Shown here: positions 12,896 to 25,563 of the stretch, piece after piece | Layout of the letters: every line of letters starts with the position of its first letter | Position numbering within the stretch: position 1 is the first letter of the stretch | From: Eledone cirrhosa | Taxonomy: Eukaryota | DNA: 64,000 nt | Reading direction: 5' to 3' | Assembly (NCBI GenBank): GCA_964016885.1 | Contig: OZ024746.1 | Span: 58,466,001-58,530,000, forward strand | Notes under the pieces: generated by a model | Databases searched by the model: none | What the model was told of the DNA's origin: nothing | Seen by the model: the letters and a program-made list of their open reading frames with translations, nothing else | Made by a program: the position numbers and the translations under genes

Positions 12896-15800
12896 ATGAC
12901 CTCACTCAGAATAGGCAGCATAAATGCGGGTGGCTTGGGGTCGTCATGGAAGCAGGGCCACCTGCTCAACGACCTCAGGTCACTAAACATAGATGTAGTG
13001 GCCCTCAGCGAGACCAGAATCTCCGAAGCACGGGCCTTCGCACCGATCTTCGGCGGCTACGATGTGTACGCATCTCCCAACTGTCCGGCATCGGGGGGGG
13101 GGGTAGGTGTTGCTGTGCTTTTTCGGAGAGGTTTGGATCTTGCCATACGGGCCATCTTCCTGGACCCTGAAGGTAAGTTGGTGGTGCTGGACGTGACCAG
13201 CGGAGACGGGCAAGCTTTCAGGTTAGTGGCCGTCTATACTCCGCCATGAGCAGGGCGGCCTGATTTCTTCCGGCGTCTGGAGACCTTTCTTGGAACGGGC
13301 CGCTCTTTAGTGTTAGTGGGCGACAGGAACGGGATCTTAGATGCACGCTGGCATTGTGTGGGATTAGTGGATATGGGGAGGAGGGTGCAAGAGTCTCACC
13401 AACCTGCTCAGGCGTTTTGAACTGTCTGACAGGTACCGATTGGATTTCTCTAATGTACCAATGTGGACTTGGACAAATCGCATAGGTTCATCCAGATCAT
13501 ATCTAGATAGAGTATTTTGTAGGGAGATAGATAGGTCTAGCATAGGCTGTCCACAATTCAAAATAGTCAGCTACAGGGATCACAAATTCGTGATGTGTGT
13601 GCTTGACTTAGATAGGCTTCATAGACGAGGACCCGACTACTGGAGGTAAAACGCGTCCTTACCAGCGCGCAAGGCCTACAGAGACCGGATTAGCGAACTA
13701 GTTGAGCTAGCGTTGACGGCGGCCATCGTCAACAGCAAGTGGTGGTTTGCTCTGAAAAGAGCAATTAGAATAGAGTCCATTAGGTTTAGTAAGGCTTTAG
13801 CAATAGAGAAAAATAGAGCAGAGGGAGAATTGGTTAGAAAATTAGACGAGGCGCTTTGCAAAGGCATCCCGACCGACGTACTTGCGGCGAAATTGGCCCT
13901 TGACCAATTCTTCAATGCAAAGCACGAAGGCTGCGTTGTCAGAGCTAGGGTGCGTGCTCTCAGACATGAGGGGACGAAAGCCGTTCAATGGGCCCGAGTG
14001 GCGGAGGCGCGTCGTGGCAACAAAGCCACGATCCGGTCTTTGGTGTACCACGACGGGCGCAAGCTACTCGATCCCGGGCAAATGTGTGAAGCTTTTCAGC
14101 GACACTTCGCTCAGCTGTTCGGGGTCAGCGGTGGGCCGGGTCGAGGGATGGACTTTGGTGTCTACCTCGACGGACTGCCGCGGCTCTCGGCCACTGAGGC
14201 GGAGTGTTGCGAAAAGCCGATAACAGCCGCTGAAGTACGGGAAGCAATGACTGGCTGTACAAGGGGTAAATCGCCTGGTTTGGATGGTCTGCCCTATGAA
14301 CTTTACGTACAGATGCCAGACTTGTTCTGAGGCCTCTTGGCGGACGTCTACTGCAACTGGCAACAGAACGGGAGAATTCCCAGTTCTGTGAACCGAGGAG
14401 CGGTGGCACTGCTGAGAAAGGATCCGAACAAAGGGGATAACATAGGGGATAACATATCTCTGCTAAACACAAAATTCAAGATTTTGGCCAAGGTGCTAGC
14501 AAAGAGGTTGGCGCTTGTCGTTGGTGGTCTGGTGGGAGAGGCGCAGACATGCGCCATTCCCGACAGATCTATCCACGACAACCTCCACCTCATGCGATAC
14601 ATCGTAGAGGGGGTAGCTAGGGAACCTGGCACGGGTGGGTCCTTGATCAATTTAGATCAGTCGAAAGCTTTCGATAGGGTCGACCATCGTTACCTAGCGG
14701 CAGTCATGAGGGCGGCTGGCTTTGGGCCCGTCTTTAGAGGCTGGATCGCTGCCATGCACAGCGACATCTGCTCTGTGGTGAGAGTGAACGGTCACCTTTC
14801 AGAACCGTTCAACATCATGCGCTCGGTCCTCCAAGGATGTCCCCTCGCGTCTCTCTTGTACGTATTGACTCTCGAGCCATTACTGCACAAACTGGAGACG
14901 TTGAGGGGCGTCCCGCGCGAACTATGATGCGGAAGATCCGTGTCAGCATATGCGGACGATGTCACCGTAGTGGTGTCGAACGCCAAACACATCGAGGCGA
15001 TCGGCACTACACTAAGAGAATACGAAGCGGTGACAGGAGCAATGAGAAACCAGGAAAAGTCAGTGGGCCTGCAGCTCGGCACCTGGACAGGCAGGTTCAT
15101 GCTGTCCAACAGCGTCGTCGGATGCTGAACGGACGGACCGGTTAAATTGCTAGGGGTCTGGTTCGGTCCGGACCTCCAGACGGACAAAAACTGGGACTTG
15201 GTGACGAGCAAGGTGGCTTCTCTCACCCAGAAATGGGCGGAGAGGAAGCTATCCCTGAAAGGTCGAGCGGAGGTGGCTAACGCGTACATCGCTTCTGTCA
15301 TCTGCTACCGACTGACTGTCGTACCTTCTCCTAAGCCCCGCCTGACTGCGCTTGAGCGTTTGCTCTTTCGCTTTTTGTGGAATGGACGCGCTCCGATGGT
15401 CAGGTGGTCCATCTGCTGTCAACACCCGCTACGTGGAGGGCTGGGAATGCCGTGGCCGATGATGCGCAGACACGCGCTCAGGTTACGACATCTCCACCTC
15501 TTCCTCGACAGTGATCAGGTGTGGTCGCCGTTTGCTAGACACGTATTTCCCCAGTTCGTTTCCTTGACGGAGCTGCAGTCCTGGATCAAGCGAAGACCGA
15601 GAGCGAGCGCCTGGAGACTGGAATGTCTTCAGGCGCTCACAGCCCTCGACCAATCGGGCAATGTGATCGGTGGAAACTCCACCTCGGCGTTCTATAGAGG
15701 ATTAGTGGAGTGGAAGAGCGACGACGTACTTGGGGAAACTCTAGGCGTCGACGAAAATCAACTGACCAATCTCTTCGGAAGAAATTTCGGGCCGGGACCT

Positions 15801-16311
15801 ATGGACAACTTCCAGAAATCTCTGGCAGTGCTACCGAGGAGCCTTGCCAGTTCGGGAAAAACTCTACAGGCATGGAGGTGCCGTCAGCCGGGCATGTCCG
15901 AGATGCGCGCAGGACGACGAAACCGTCCTGCACGCACTCGTCCAGTGTCCGTAAATTGCTGACTTGTGGGTTTATGTCGAATACCTGCTGTCGCGTGTAG
16001 GACCGATCCAGCTATCATCTGAGTCCATCGTGAGGATTGCCCCGCCCTCTTCCTTTAGCCGGGAAGGGCAGGCAGTTTTTATCTGTCTGGTGGCCATGGC
16101 GAAAGAGATAGTATGGTGGACACGTTTGAAAGGGCTGAAGACGAGCACTTACCTCTTCGGTGATGCTCTGATTAACTTTTTCAAATTTCATTTGAAAGGG
16201 AAAATCAGGGTAGAGAGGGAAGTGCTCTATTCCCAGCATTTTGTTGAAAGATGGGTGAGAGAAGCAAGAATGGCCCGATTGAATGGGCCTACTCTGAGTA
16301 CGTATCTGTAA
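12896..16311 (+). pseudogene. Tx1 ORF2 (APE + RT + CCHC), disrupted
   Basis: APE motifs SINAGG, LSETR and YLDR..DH. RT motifs KSPGLDGL, LDQSKAFDRV, QGCPL and YADD. Multiple stops. Confidence 0.9.
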
Positions 16312-16792
16312 ATTAAAGGTGGAAAACTGGGAGAGGGCACTTGCTTTGGTGGTCAGGGTCACTGTGGCCTTTTACTGGGCGTTCTCCACAAATGTCCCTC
16401 CGAAGTCTCCCCCCTATTGGGGAATTTTTCATTGTTATTGTTTGTTACATCCTCTGTTTTTGTTCTTTACACGGAGAAATGCCCATTTGTACCATCCTGT
16501 ATTGTCCTGCACTGTCCTTAATGTCTACTTTATGTAAACCCTTGTGCTTAATAAAGAAATCATTATTATTATATTTATTATTATTATTATTATTATTGGC
16601 GACCTACGTAGTAAATCGTATTATCATGAGCTCCGCAAAGGTTTGTTATTTTCAGTTGTTTAAAATTGCCATTTATGGAAAATTTTTATTGTTAACTGTA
16701 TATAAGTGCAGATACATTGTTTTCTGAAAAGGACACTCAAAAAGATTGGGGCCTTGAGCCCAAAATTTAAACTTTTATAATTATTAAAAATC

Positions 16793-18720
16793 ATGGCCGA
16801 GTCACAGCTGAACCCAGTAGCTGAGAGCCTTCCTCACAAACTAACACCTCACACCGACACCACCATTGTAAATATTACTACGTTTGCCAACACTAAAAAT
16901 ATAAGCAGTATCAATATTTTAATTTTGTCTCAGGCAGACATTGCTTTCCCGCCATTACCAATGACTGCAGGTGTGGAAACCGCCACCCCCACCACCACCA
17001 CAGCGACAACAGAAACAAAAGAAAAAAATAAATTATCTCGTGATATCGAAACGAATTCAGCCAAAATGAACTCTTCCACACCGAACACCACTGACCCCAC
17101 CACCACCACAACTGAAACTAAAATTAACAATAAAAAAAATAACGATAACAACCAGAGCAACAAGAAATGAGAAAACCCTGTCTTTTGCCAGAGTAGCAAA
17201 AAAGTGCGATGCATTCCAGGTAACTCAGGAGGAATTAGAAGCGAAAAAAATGGTAAAGAAAGATGGGTACAGGGTCAGCCTCACCCCACCCCACCCTCCA
17301 CCTAATAAAATGGAGCATCGGCGCCTATGCACCGTGTCTTATCGGACGATTAACATAAAATCGCGCCGCGTGGAATGGGCATCCGAGACCCAAATCCAAA
17401 AATATTTGAGACATGTGTGGGCAAAAAATCACACATCAGCCGTGGGTAGAAATATGGAACCGTGGACGTGTTCTTTGAAACACCACAGGAGGCCAGAGAA
17501 CACTCCATGGCCCCATTAACAAATGACGACTTCACACTCGTCCCAAGCTATTGTGGCCAGAGACTCGTGAAGATCAGGGTGACCCACGTTCCACCGGCCA
17601 TCAAAACTCCCTGGCTAATGGCTGCCGTCCTCGCCGGCATCGAAGCCAACACCATGATAATCGAAATAGCGAAAGAAAATCAGGAGAACGGATCCGGATC
17701 TGGGATGGAGGTCCTGATCCAAACGGACCAGAAAAGCATTGAGGAGATCCCAGAGCTAATAGAGCTCACTTACGGCAGCCACCTCACCGTAATCGTCGAG
17801 GACAGAAGGCCTAGGTGTGTCGTTTGTGGTGAAGGAACCCACCTAAGGGATTTTTCCCTCAGGCTAAAAGGTTGAGGCCACCTCTTTTAACCACCCAGTG
17901 ACTCAACCATCAACACCACCAGCAGCAGAAATGGCAGCAACAACAGTAACAGCAACAAAAGAAGCAACTGTAGCAGCAACAGTAGGAAAACCAACGACAC
18001 CACCACCCAACGCGCCAGAACTAGCACCAGCGCCTACACCATCCACCACGCCACAACCAAAACCAACGCCTGTGGAGGATTTTCCACTCCCCGACATATC
18101 GCAACTGGAGACAGATTGTGACGATGAGGAGTGGGAAACGGTATCAGAAAAAAAGAAAGAAAGAAAAAAAGAAAAAGAAACTAAAAAAGAAAAAATCCCC
18201 TTCCTTCCCCCTCCAAAAAAAAAATACTGAGGGAAACAAATAATATATCAAACAAAAAAGTTAGGACAGCTATGCCACCATCCACACCAACATCACCAAC
18301 CCCATCACCACAAACAGCTATGCCATCATTAACACCAACACCAGCATCACCAACACCACAAAAGTCATCAAAAAGCGAAACAAAAACATACCCAAAACAA
18401 ACGCAAACAAAACAAAACAACCAAAACGATACACTACACAGCAATAAATTTGAACAACAACCAATTATTAAACTACATCCAACACAAGCATCACAGAAAA
18501 AGACTACACAACAACACAAAAGTTCACACCACCTCCACACATACAAATCACTCGCATCACACAGAAAACGTACACGACACTAAAACAAAAATTCCCCAAA
18601 GACATTGGAGAGTTCCGACAAACACTCTCCAGGAGGATTTATAAGGACATCCTTCCGTAGGAGGCCAGAAACAGTGAAAGGGATGGAGAAACTATCTTTC
18701 TTCTACGAGAAGTAAGGTAA
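16793..18720 (+). pseudogene. Tx1 ORF1, disrupted
   Basis: ATG at 16793. Fragments are homologous to copy D ORF1, including CVVCGEGTH. Confidence 0.8.
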
Positions 18721-18754
18721 GTGGTCTTTCCCATCTTTTCCACTCCATTTCAAC

Positions 18755-21700
18755 ATGACCTCACTCAGAATAGGCAGCATAAATGCACGTGGATTGGGGA
18801 CGTCATGGGGCCACCTGTTCAACGACCTCAGGTCACTAAACATAGATGTAGTGGCCATCAGCGAGACCAGAATCTCCGAAGCACGGGCCTTCGCACTGAT
18901 CTTCGGCGGCTACGATGTGTACGCATCTCCCAGCCGTCCTGGATCGGGGGAAGGAGTTGCTGTGCTTTCTTCGGAGAGGTTTGGATCTCGCCATACGGGC
19001 CATCTTCCTGGACCCAGAGGGTAAGTTGGTGGGCTAGACGTGACCAGCGGAGACGGGGAAGCTTTCAGGCTAGTGGCCGTCTATGCCCCGACAGGAGCAG
19101 GCCGGCCTGTTTTCTTCCGGCGTCTGGAGACCTTTCTTGTAACGTCTCGCTCTTTAATGTTAGTGGGCGACTGGAACGGGATCTTAGATGCACGCTAGGA
19201 CTATGTGGAATTAGCAGATAGGGGAGGAGGGTGCAAGAGCTTCATAAACCTGCTCAGGCGTTTTGAACTGTCTGACAGGTACCGATTGGATTTCCCGAAT
19301 GTGCCAATGTGGTCTTGGAAAACTCGCATAGGGTCATCCATATCATATCTAGATAGAGTATTTTGTAGGGAAATAGATACGTCTAGCATAGGCTGTCCAC
19401 AATTCAAGATAGTCAGCTACACGGACCACAAATTCGTGATCTGTGTGCTTGACTTAGATAGGCTTCATAGAAGAGGACCCGGCTACTGGCGCGCAAAGCC
19501 TAAAGAGACCGGATTAGCGAACTAGTTAAGCGGGCGTTGACGGGGGCCATCGTCAACAACAAGTGGTGGTTTGCTCTGAAAAGAGCATTTAGAATAGAGT
19601 CCATTAGGTTTAGTAAGGCTTTAGCAATAGAGTGAAGGCGTGTAGCTGAGTGGTTAGAGAATTGGATTCACAATGTTAAGGTTGCGAGTTCGATTCCGGG
19701 ACCGGGCGATGCGTTATGTCCTTGGGCAAGACACTTTATTTCACGTTGCTCCTTCTACCTGGAGTTGCGACCGATAGATAGTACCAGCAACTGGAAAGAC
19801 CAACGGAAACATTGTTTCCTCGGTCCGATTTGACGAAAGTCGATCGATCCTTTTTTTTTTTTTTTTTTAGCAATAGAGAAAAATAGAGCAGAGGGAGAAT
19901 TAGTTAAAAAATTAGACTAGCGCTTAGCAAAGGCATCGCGACCGACGTACTTGCGTCGAAATTGGCCCTTGACCAATTCTTCAATGCAAAGCACGAAGGC
20001 TGCGTTGTCAGAGCTAGGGTGCGTGCTCTCAGACACGAGGGGACGAAAGCCGTTCAATGGGCCCGAGTAGCGGAGGCGCGTCGTGGCAACAAAGCCACGA
20101 TCCGATCTTTGGTGGACCACGACGGGCGCACGCTACTCGATCCCGGGCAAATGTGTGAAGCTTTTCAGCGACACTTCGCACAGCTGTTCGAACACAGCGG
20201 CGGGCCGGATCGAGGGATGGACTTTAGTGCCTACCTCGACGGACTGCCGCGACTCTGGGCCACTGAGGCGGAGTGTTGCGAAAAGCCGATAACAGACGCT
20301 GAGGTACGGTTGGCAATGACTGGCTGCACAAGGGGTAAATCGCCTGGTTTGGATGGTCTGCCTATGAACTTTACGTACAAATTCTAGACTTGTTCGGAGG
20401 CCTCTTGGCGGACGTCTACTGCAACTGGCAACAGAACGGGAGAATTCCCAGCTCTGTGAGCCGAGTAGCGGTAGCGCTGCTGAGAAAGGATCCGAACGAG
20501 GGGGATAACATAGATAATTGTAGGCCCATAACTCTGCTAAACACAGAGTTCAAGATTTTGGCCAAGGTGCTAGCCAAGAGGTTGGCGCTTGTCGTTGGTG
20601 GTCTGGTGGGAGAGACGCAGACATGCGCCATTCCCGACAGATCCATCCACGACAACCTCCACCTCATGCGATACATCGTGGAGAGGGTAGCTAGGGAACC
20701 TGGCACGGGTGGGTCCTTGATCAATTTAGATCAGTCGAAAGCTTTCGATAGGGTGGCTGGATCGCTGCCATGCACAGCGACATCTGCTCTGTGGTGAGAG
20801 TGAACGGTAACCTTTTGGAACCGTTCAACATCATACGCTCGGTCCGCCAAAGATGTCCCCTCTCGTCCCTCTTGTACGTATTGACTATCGAGCCATTACT
20901 GCACAAACTGGAGACGTTGAGGGGGGGGGGGGTCCGGCGCGAACTAGGATGCGGAAGATCCGTGTCAGCATATGCGGACGATGTCAGCGTATTGTTGTCG
21001 TACGCCAAACACATCGAGGCGATCGGCACTACACTAAGAGAATACGAAGCGGTGACAGGAGCAATGATCAACCAGGAAATGTCAGTGGGCCTGCAGCTCG
21101 GCACCTGGAGAGGCAGGTCCATGCCGTCCAACAGCGTCGTCGGGCGCTGGACGGACGGACCGGTTAAATTGCTAGAGGTCTGGTTCGGTCCGAACCTCCA
21201 GACGGACAATATCTGGGACGAGGTGACGAGCAGGGTGGCTTCTCTCACCCAGAAATGGGCGGAGAGGAAGCTATCCCTGAAAGGTCGAGCGGAGGTGGCT
21301 AACGCGTACATCGCGTACGTGATCTACTACCGCCTGACCGCCGTACCTTGTCCTAAGCCCCGCCTGACTGCGCTGGAGCGTTTGTTCTTTCGCTTTTTGT
21401 GGAAGGGACGCGCTCCGATGGTCAGGCGGTCCATCTGCTGTCAACACCCGCTACGTGGAGGGCTGGGAATGCCGTGGCTGATGATGCGCAGACACGCGCT
21501 CAAGCTACGACATCTCCACCGCTTCCTCGACGGTGATCAGGTGTGGTCGCCGTTTGCTAGCGGCGTCTTTCCCCAGCTTGTCTCGTTGACGGAGCTGCAG
21601 TCCTGGATCAAGCGAAGACCGAGAGGGAGCGCTTGGAGACTGGAATGTCTTCAGGCACTCACAGCCCTCGACCAATCGGGAAATGTGATCGGTGGAAACT

Positions 21701-22338
21701 CTACCTCGGCGTTCTATAGAGGATTAGTGGAGGGGAAGAGCGACGACGTACTTGGGGAAACTCTAGGCGTCGACCAAAATCAACTAGCCTATCTCTTCGG
21801 AAGAACTTTCGGGCCGGGGTCTATGGAGAACTTCTAGAAATCCCTGGCCTGGCAGTGCTACCGAGGAGCTTTGCCAGTTCGGGTTAAACTCTACAGGCAT
21901 GGAGGTGTCAGCAGCCAGGCATGTCCGAGATGCGCGCAGGGCGACGAAACCGTCCTGCACGCACTCGTCCAGTGTCCGAGCATTGCTGACGTGTGGATTT
22001 ATGTCGAACACCTGCTGTCGCGTGTAGGACGGATCCAACTATCAGCTTAGTCCATCGTGAGGATTGCCCCGCCCTCTTCCCTTAGCCGGGAAGGGCAGGC
22101 AGTTTTTATCTGTCTGGTGGCCATGGCGAAAGAGATAGTATGGTGGACACGTTTGAAAGGGCTGAAGACGAGCACTTACCTCTTCGGTGATGCCCTGATT
22201 AACTTTTTCAAATTTCATTTGAAAAGGAAAATCAGGGTAGAAAGGGAAGTGCTATCTTCCCAGCATTTTGTTGAAAGATGGGTGAGAGAGGCAAGAATGG
22301 CCCGACTGAAAGGACCTAATCTGAGTATGTGTCTGTAA
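18755..22338 (+). pseudogene. Tx1 ORF2, disrupted
   Basis: MTSLRIGSINARGL, GDWN, YTDH, RPITLLN, YADD and the C-terminal knuckle. Confidence 0.9.
19632..19868 (+). mobile_element. tRNA-derived SINE family C (CORE-like) with TSD
   Basis: A box TAGCTGAGTGG and B box GAGTTCGATTCC, then TGTCCTTGGGCAAGACACTT and a T-run tail. TSD TTTAGCAATAGAG at 19620-19632 and 19866-19878. The empty site is visible in copy D near 13796-13808. Confidence 0.92.
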
Positions 22339-22679
22339 ATTAAAGGTGGAAAATTGGGAGAGGGCACTTGCCCTGGTGGTCAGGGTCACTGTAGCTTTTT
22401 AATGGGCTTTCTCCACGAATGTCCCTCGGAAGTCTCCCCCCTATTGGGGAATTTTTTCATTGTTCTATTATTACATCCTCTGATTTTTGGGGGGTTTTAC
22501 ACGCAGAAATGCCCTTTTGTACCGCCCTGTATTGTCCTGTACTGTCCTTAATGTCTACTTTGTGAAAACCCTTGTGGTTAATAACGAAAGCATTATTATT
22601 ATTATTAACATTTATAACAATAAGTATTATTTTTATTATCAATATTGTTATATATCGTTACTATTTTATTGCACGAGTG

Positions 22680-22820
22680 AATGAGCCCCGGGGAAAAAAT
22701 AAAATCGAAAGAATTGATATTTCTTGTTTTTTAGTTATTTTCTTACACTCTGTTATATCCTGTCCTTTGTACCGTCGCCATTGTCTTGTAGCGCTTGTAA
22801 CCAATAATGAAACTTATTTT
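22680..22820 (+). mobile_element. Old Tx1-like 3' UTR fragment
   Basis: Ends GCGCTTGTAACCAATAATGAAAC plus degenerate (ATT)n, like the copy A terminus. Confidence 0.5.
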
Positions 22821-23547
22821 TATTGTTACTGTTATTATTCCTATTCATATATTTTATTAATATCATTTATATTTTTCATAATATTTCTATTATTATTAGT
22901 AATAATATTATCTCGTGCAGGCTATATGTACTTTACTCTCAAGCTATTACAGCGGGTAGAGTAGATTTCTGCAGCTCTGCACAAGGATTGTTTACGTCTT
23001 TCGTTTCTTTCCTCTATTAAATTACACAGTGTTTTATGCAAAATATAAACACTTTCTTGCAAGATTAGGAAATGTCTAGCAGCAAAGACTCGCAGATAAT
23101 CATTTCACTTTTGTCTTTACTCCCATGAAAAGAGTCTCATTATAGCCCACAAGAGATCTCCTATGAGAGGCAAAATCATAGATTTTTGTAACGCTCATTT
23201 TCTACCAGGAATATTTTTATATGATTTTACTACATCTATGATCCCCTTTTCTGTGTACATATTCTCTGTACATATTCCTATGAAAGTCTGACCCTATTTC
23301 CTTGGAACAGGATGACATTTATGTCAATTATTAATTCATACCGATTTCTATATGTTTGTAATTTTTCCCGTTGCTGAATATGACTTAGCCAACGTGAATA
23401 TTAAATATAGGCTGAACCATAAAACACCTTAAAAGTAAACTTTTGGACAATATTTTATATGTATTGAGTCATAGAACTCATCCGTCATCCATTTTAACAT
23501 CACCACCTGCTTGTTGGTTGGATTGTTGTTATTATCGAGTCACTAAA

Positions 23548-23742
23548 GGACGGTGGATTGGCAGTATCCATAAAGCGTTGGACGACATGCTTTGTAGCAT
23601 AGACTTACGCCCCTTTATGATCTGAGTTCAAATCCCGCCGAGGTTAACTTTGTCTTTCATCCTTACGGGGTCGATAAAATAAAGTACCAGTAATACATTA
23701 GGTAATTGCTGGCCTTGTGCCAAAAGTAGAAACAATTATTAT
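23548..23742 (+). mobile_element. tRNA-derived SINE family B
   Basis: B box GAGTTCAAATCC. 17-bp TSD TTATTATCGAGTCACTA at 23529-23545 and 23736-23752. Confidence 0.9.
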
Positions 23743-24860
23743 CGAGTCACTACACCATACCCATCCAGTGTTGTACACAGAGCCTTGCCTGATATGTTAA
23801 GGTCGTTATGTGAGCATGAATCTTCAAGATTGGGGCAAACTAGAAGGAGTACCATAGTTTGTGATTGCCGGCGTTGGCAGTTGGAATCATCGGTGACGTA
23901 TTCCAGGCTTCCGAATGTTGGCTATACAGCGACCAACAGCTGTTCGGAGGCGATTCAGGCAGAACCATTTGGATGTATTTAGATGAATGGATTATGCTAC
24001 AAGTATTCGAATCAGGTCTCTAGTTTGACGATTTCTGCTTCAGCACCTGACCTGGAAACCTGAAAAATGTCATTGGCACTCCCCATTCCATTCTAGAATA
24101 AACAACCACAAAAATACAAATTGTGAAAATACGTTATACTGACATTTATTATAGAAATATTCACAACTGGAAAATGTGTAAAGATCAATAAGATAAATAC
24201 AGAAGATAACGTACGCCATCTGTATGTTTACTAGTAAGGACAAACAAATGCTTGGCATACATACTTAAACATAAAACATATTAGCTTTTCAGAAGAAAAT
24301 CAAAGAATCTCAATAGCATACACACATGTTTGTGTACAAGTGATTTAAAAACATTCACATCAGCGTAGATAAGCCCTAGCCATCTCTGTTAGCCTAACTG
24401 AATGTATGAAATATAGTTACTCAAGCTTGGAACATAAATGTATTAAGATCTAACACAATTTGTATTCCCACTGATGATAAAATATAATCTCAACTTAAAC
24501 GTATAAAATCTTTTGTTACCTTGCCTTACGAATTAGATTTCAAGAATCCTCCTCACATATCTTAAATATATTGTTTCTATTTTCTTTGATATTTCCAAGA
24601 ACATCTCAAAGAAAAGCCACTTCTATTACATCTAAAAAGCCTTTCAAGTTCGGAATAACAATTGGGAATGTATGAATATGCACATTTCTTCTGAAGAGAT
24701 TTCTCTTTCTCTCTCTCCCTCTTTCTCTTCTCTCTTTCTCTTCCGCTTTCTCTCTCTATATATATATATTTCTCTTCACACACAAACACACACACACAAA
24801 CACATATATATATATATATATATGAACATATATATGTGTATATTTAAATATATATATATA

Positions 24861-24936
<76 letters not shown>

Positions 24937-24979
24937 TGTTTGTTTATATATATATACACATATATTTGTGTATATTTAT

Positions 24980-25042
24980 AGGGAAAATGCGGAACCCCGA
25001 CGCATGAGCTCCTGCCGTTTCAACAGCTAGATCCGTACTGAA
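24980..25042 (+). repeat. Family D half-copy
   Basis: GGAACCCCGACG..GCCGTTTCAACAGCTAG is similar to 1120-1165. Confidence 0.5.
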
Positions 25043-25048
25043 TGTGTT

Positions 25049-25102
<54 letters not shown>

Positions 25103-25563
25103 TAGAGGGTGGATTCTTATAGAATTCCAGTAATGATCAGGAAATTATTATACAGAACAAAAATTAAAAATTAAGATTGGTGCTCTGAAATAGCGATGTA
25201 TACATGAATGTATCTATAGTATATTTGGCAAATAACCGTATGTTTAATTAAAAACATTTCAGAGCACCAATCCTAATTTTTTATTTTTGCTGTACCGACA
25301 ATCGCTGTGTATAATCACTTCCTGATTATTACTGGAATTCTATAAGAATCCAGCCTCTATAATTTTCGGCAAAGTCTCTGAGGTTCACCAACAGTGTGAA
25401 ACAGAATCTGTCAGCTTCGCTCCCTTCCTTTGCCGAAAAAAGCAGTAAGTGACATAGTCACTACTTTAAAATATTTTTAATTAAACATACGGTATATTGC
25501 CAAATATACTATACATACATTCATGTATACATCCCTATTTCAGAGCACCAATCCTAATTTTTA
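25103..25563. repeat. Doubly inverted insert next to (TA)n
   Basis: ~25103-25190 is inverted against ~25257-25360, and ~25170-25255 against ~25473-25563. Confidence 0.7.

Larger units (their letters stand above)
11055..16597 (+). mobile_element. Tx1 LINE copy D, near full length
   Basis: Starts GGTGACCTACGTAG like copy E. Contains ORF1, ORF2, a 3' UTR and (ATT)n. ORF1 has a ~400-bp deletion near 11780 relative to copy E. Confidence 0.92.
16598..22606 (+). mobile_element. Tx1 LINE copy E, full length, interrupted by a SINE
   Basis: Colinear with copy D, with the same 5' end and a (ATT)n tail. A SINE is inserted at 19632-19868 and there is a small RT deletion near 20755. Confidence 0.92.

Noticed and set aside
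19632-19710. tRNA gene (also the heads of the other SINEs)
   Set aside because: A and B boxes are present, but they belong to longer repeats with tails and TSDs, and there is no convincing cloverleaf.
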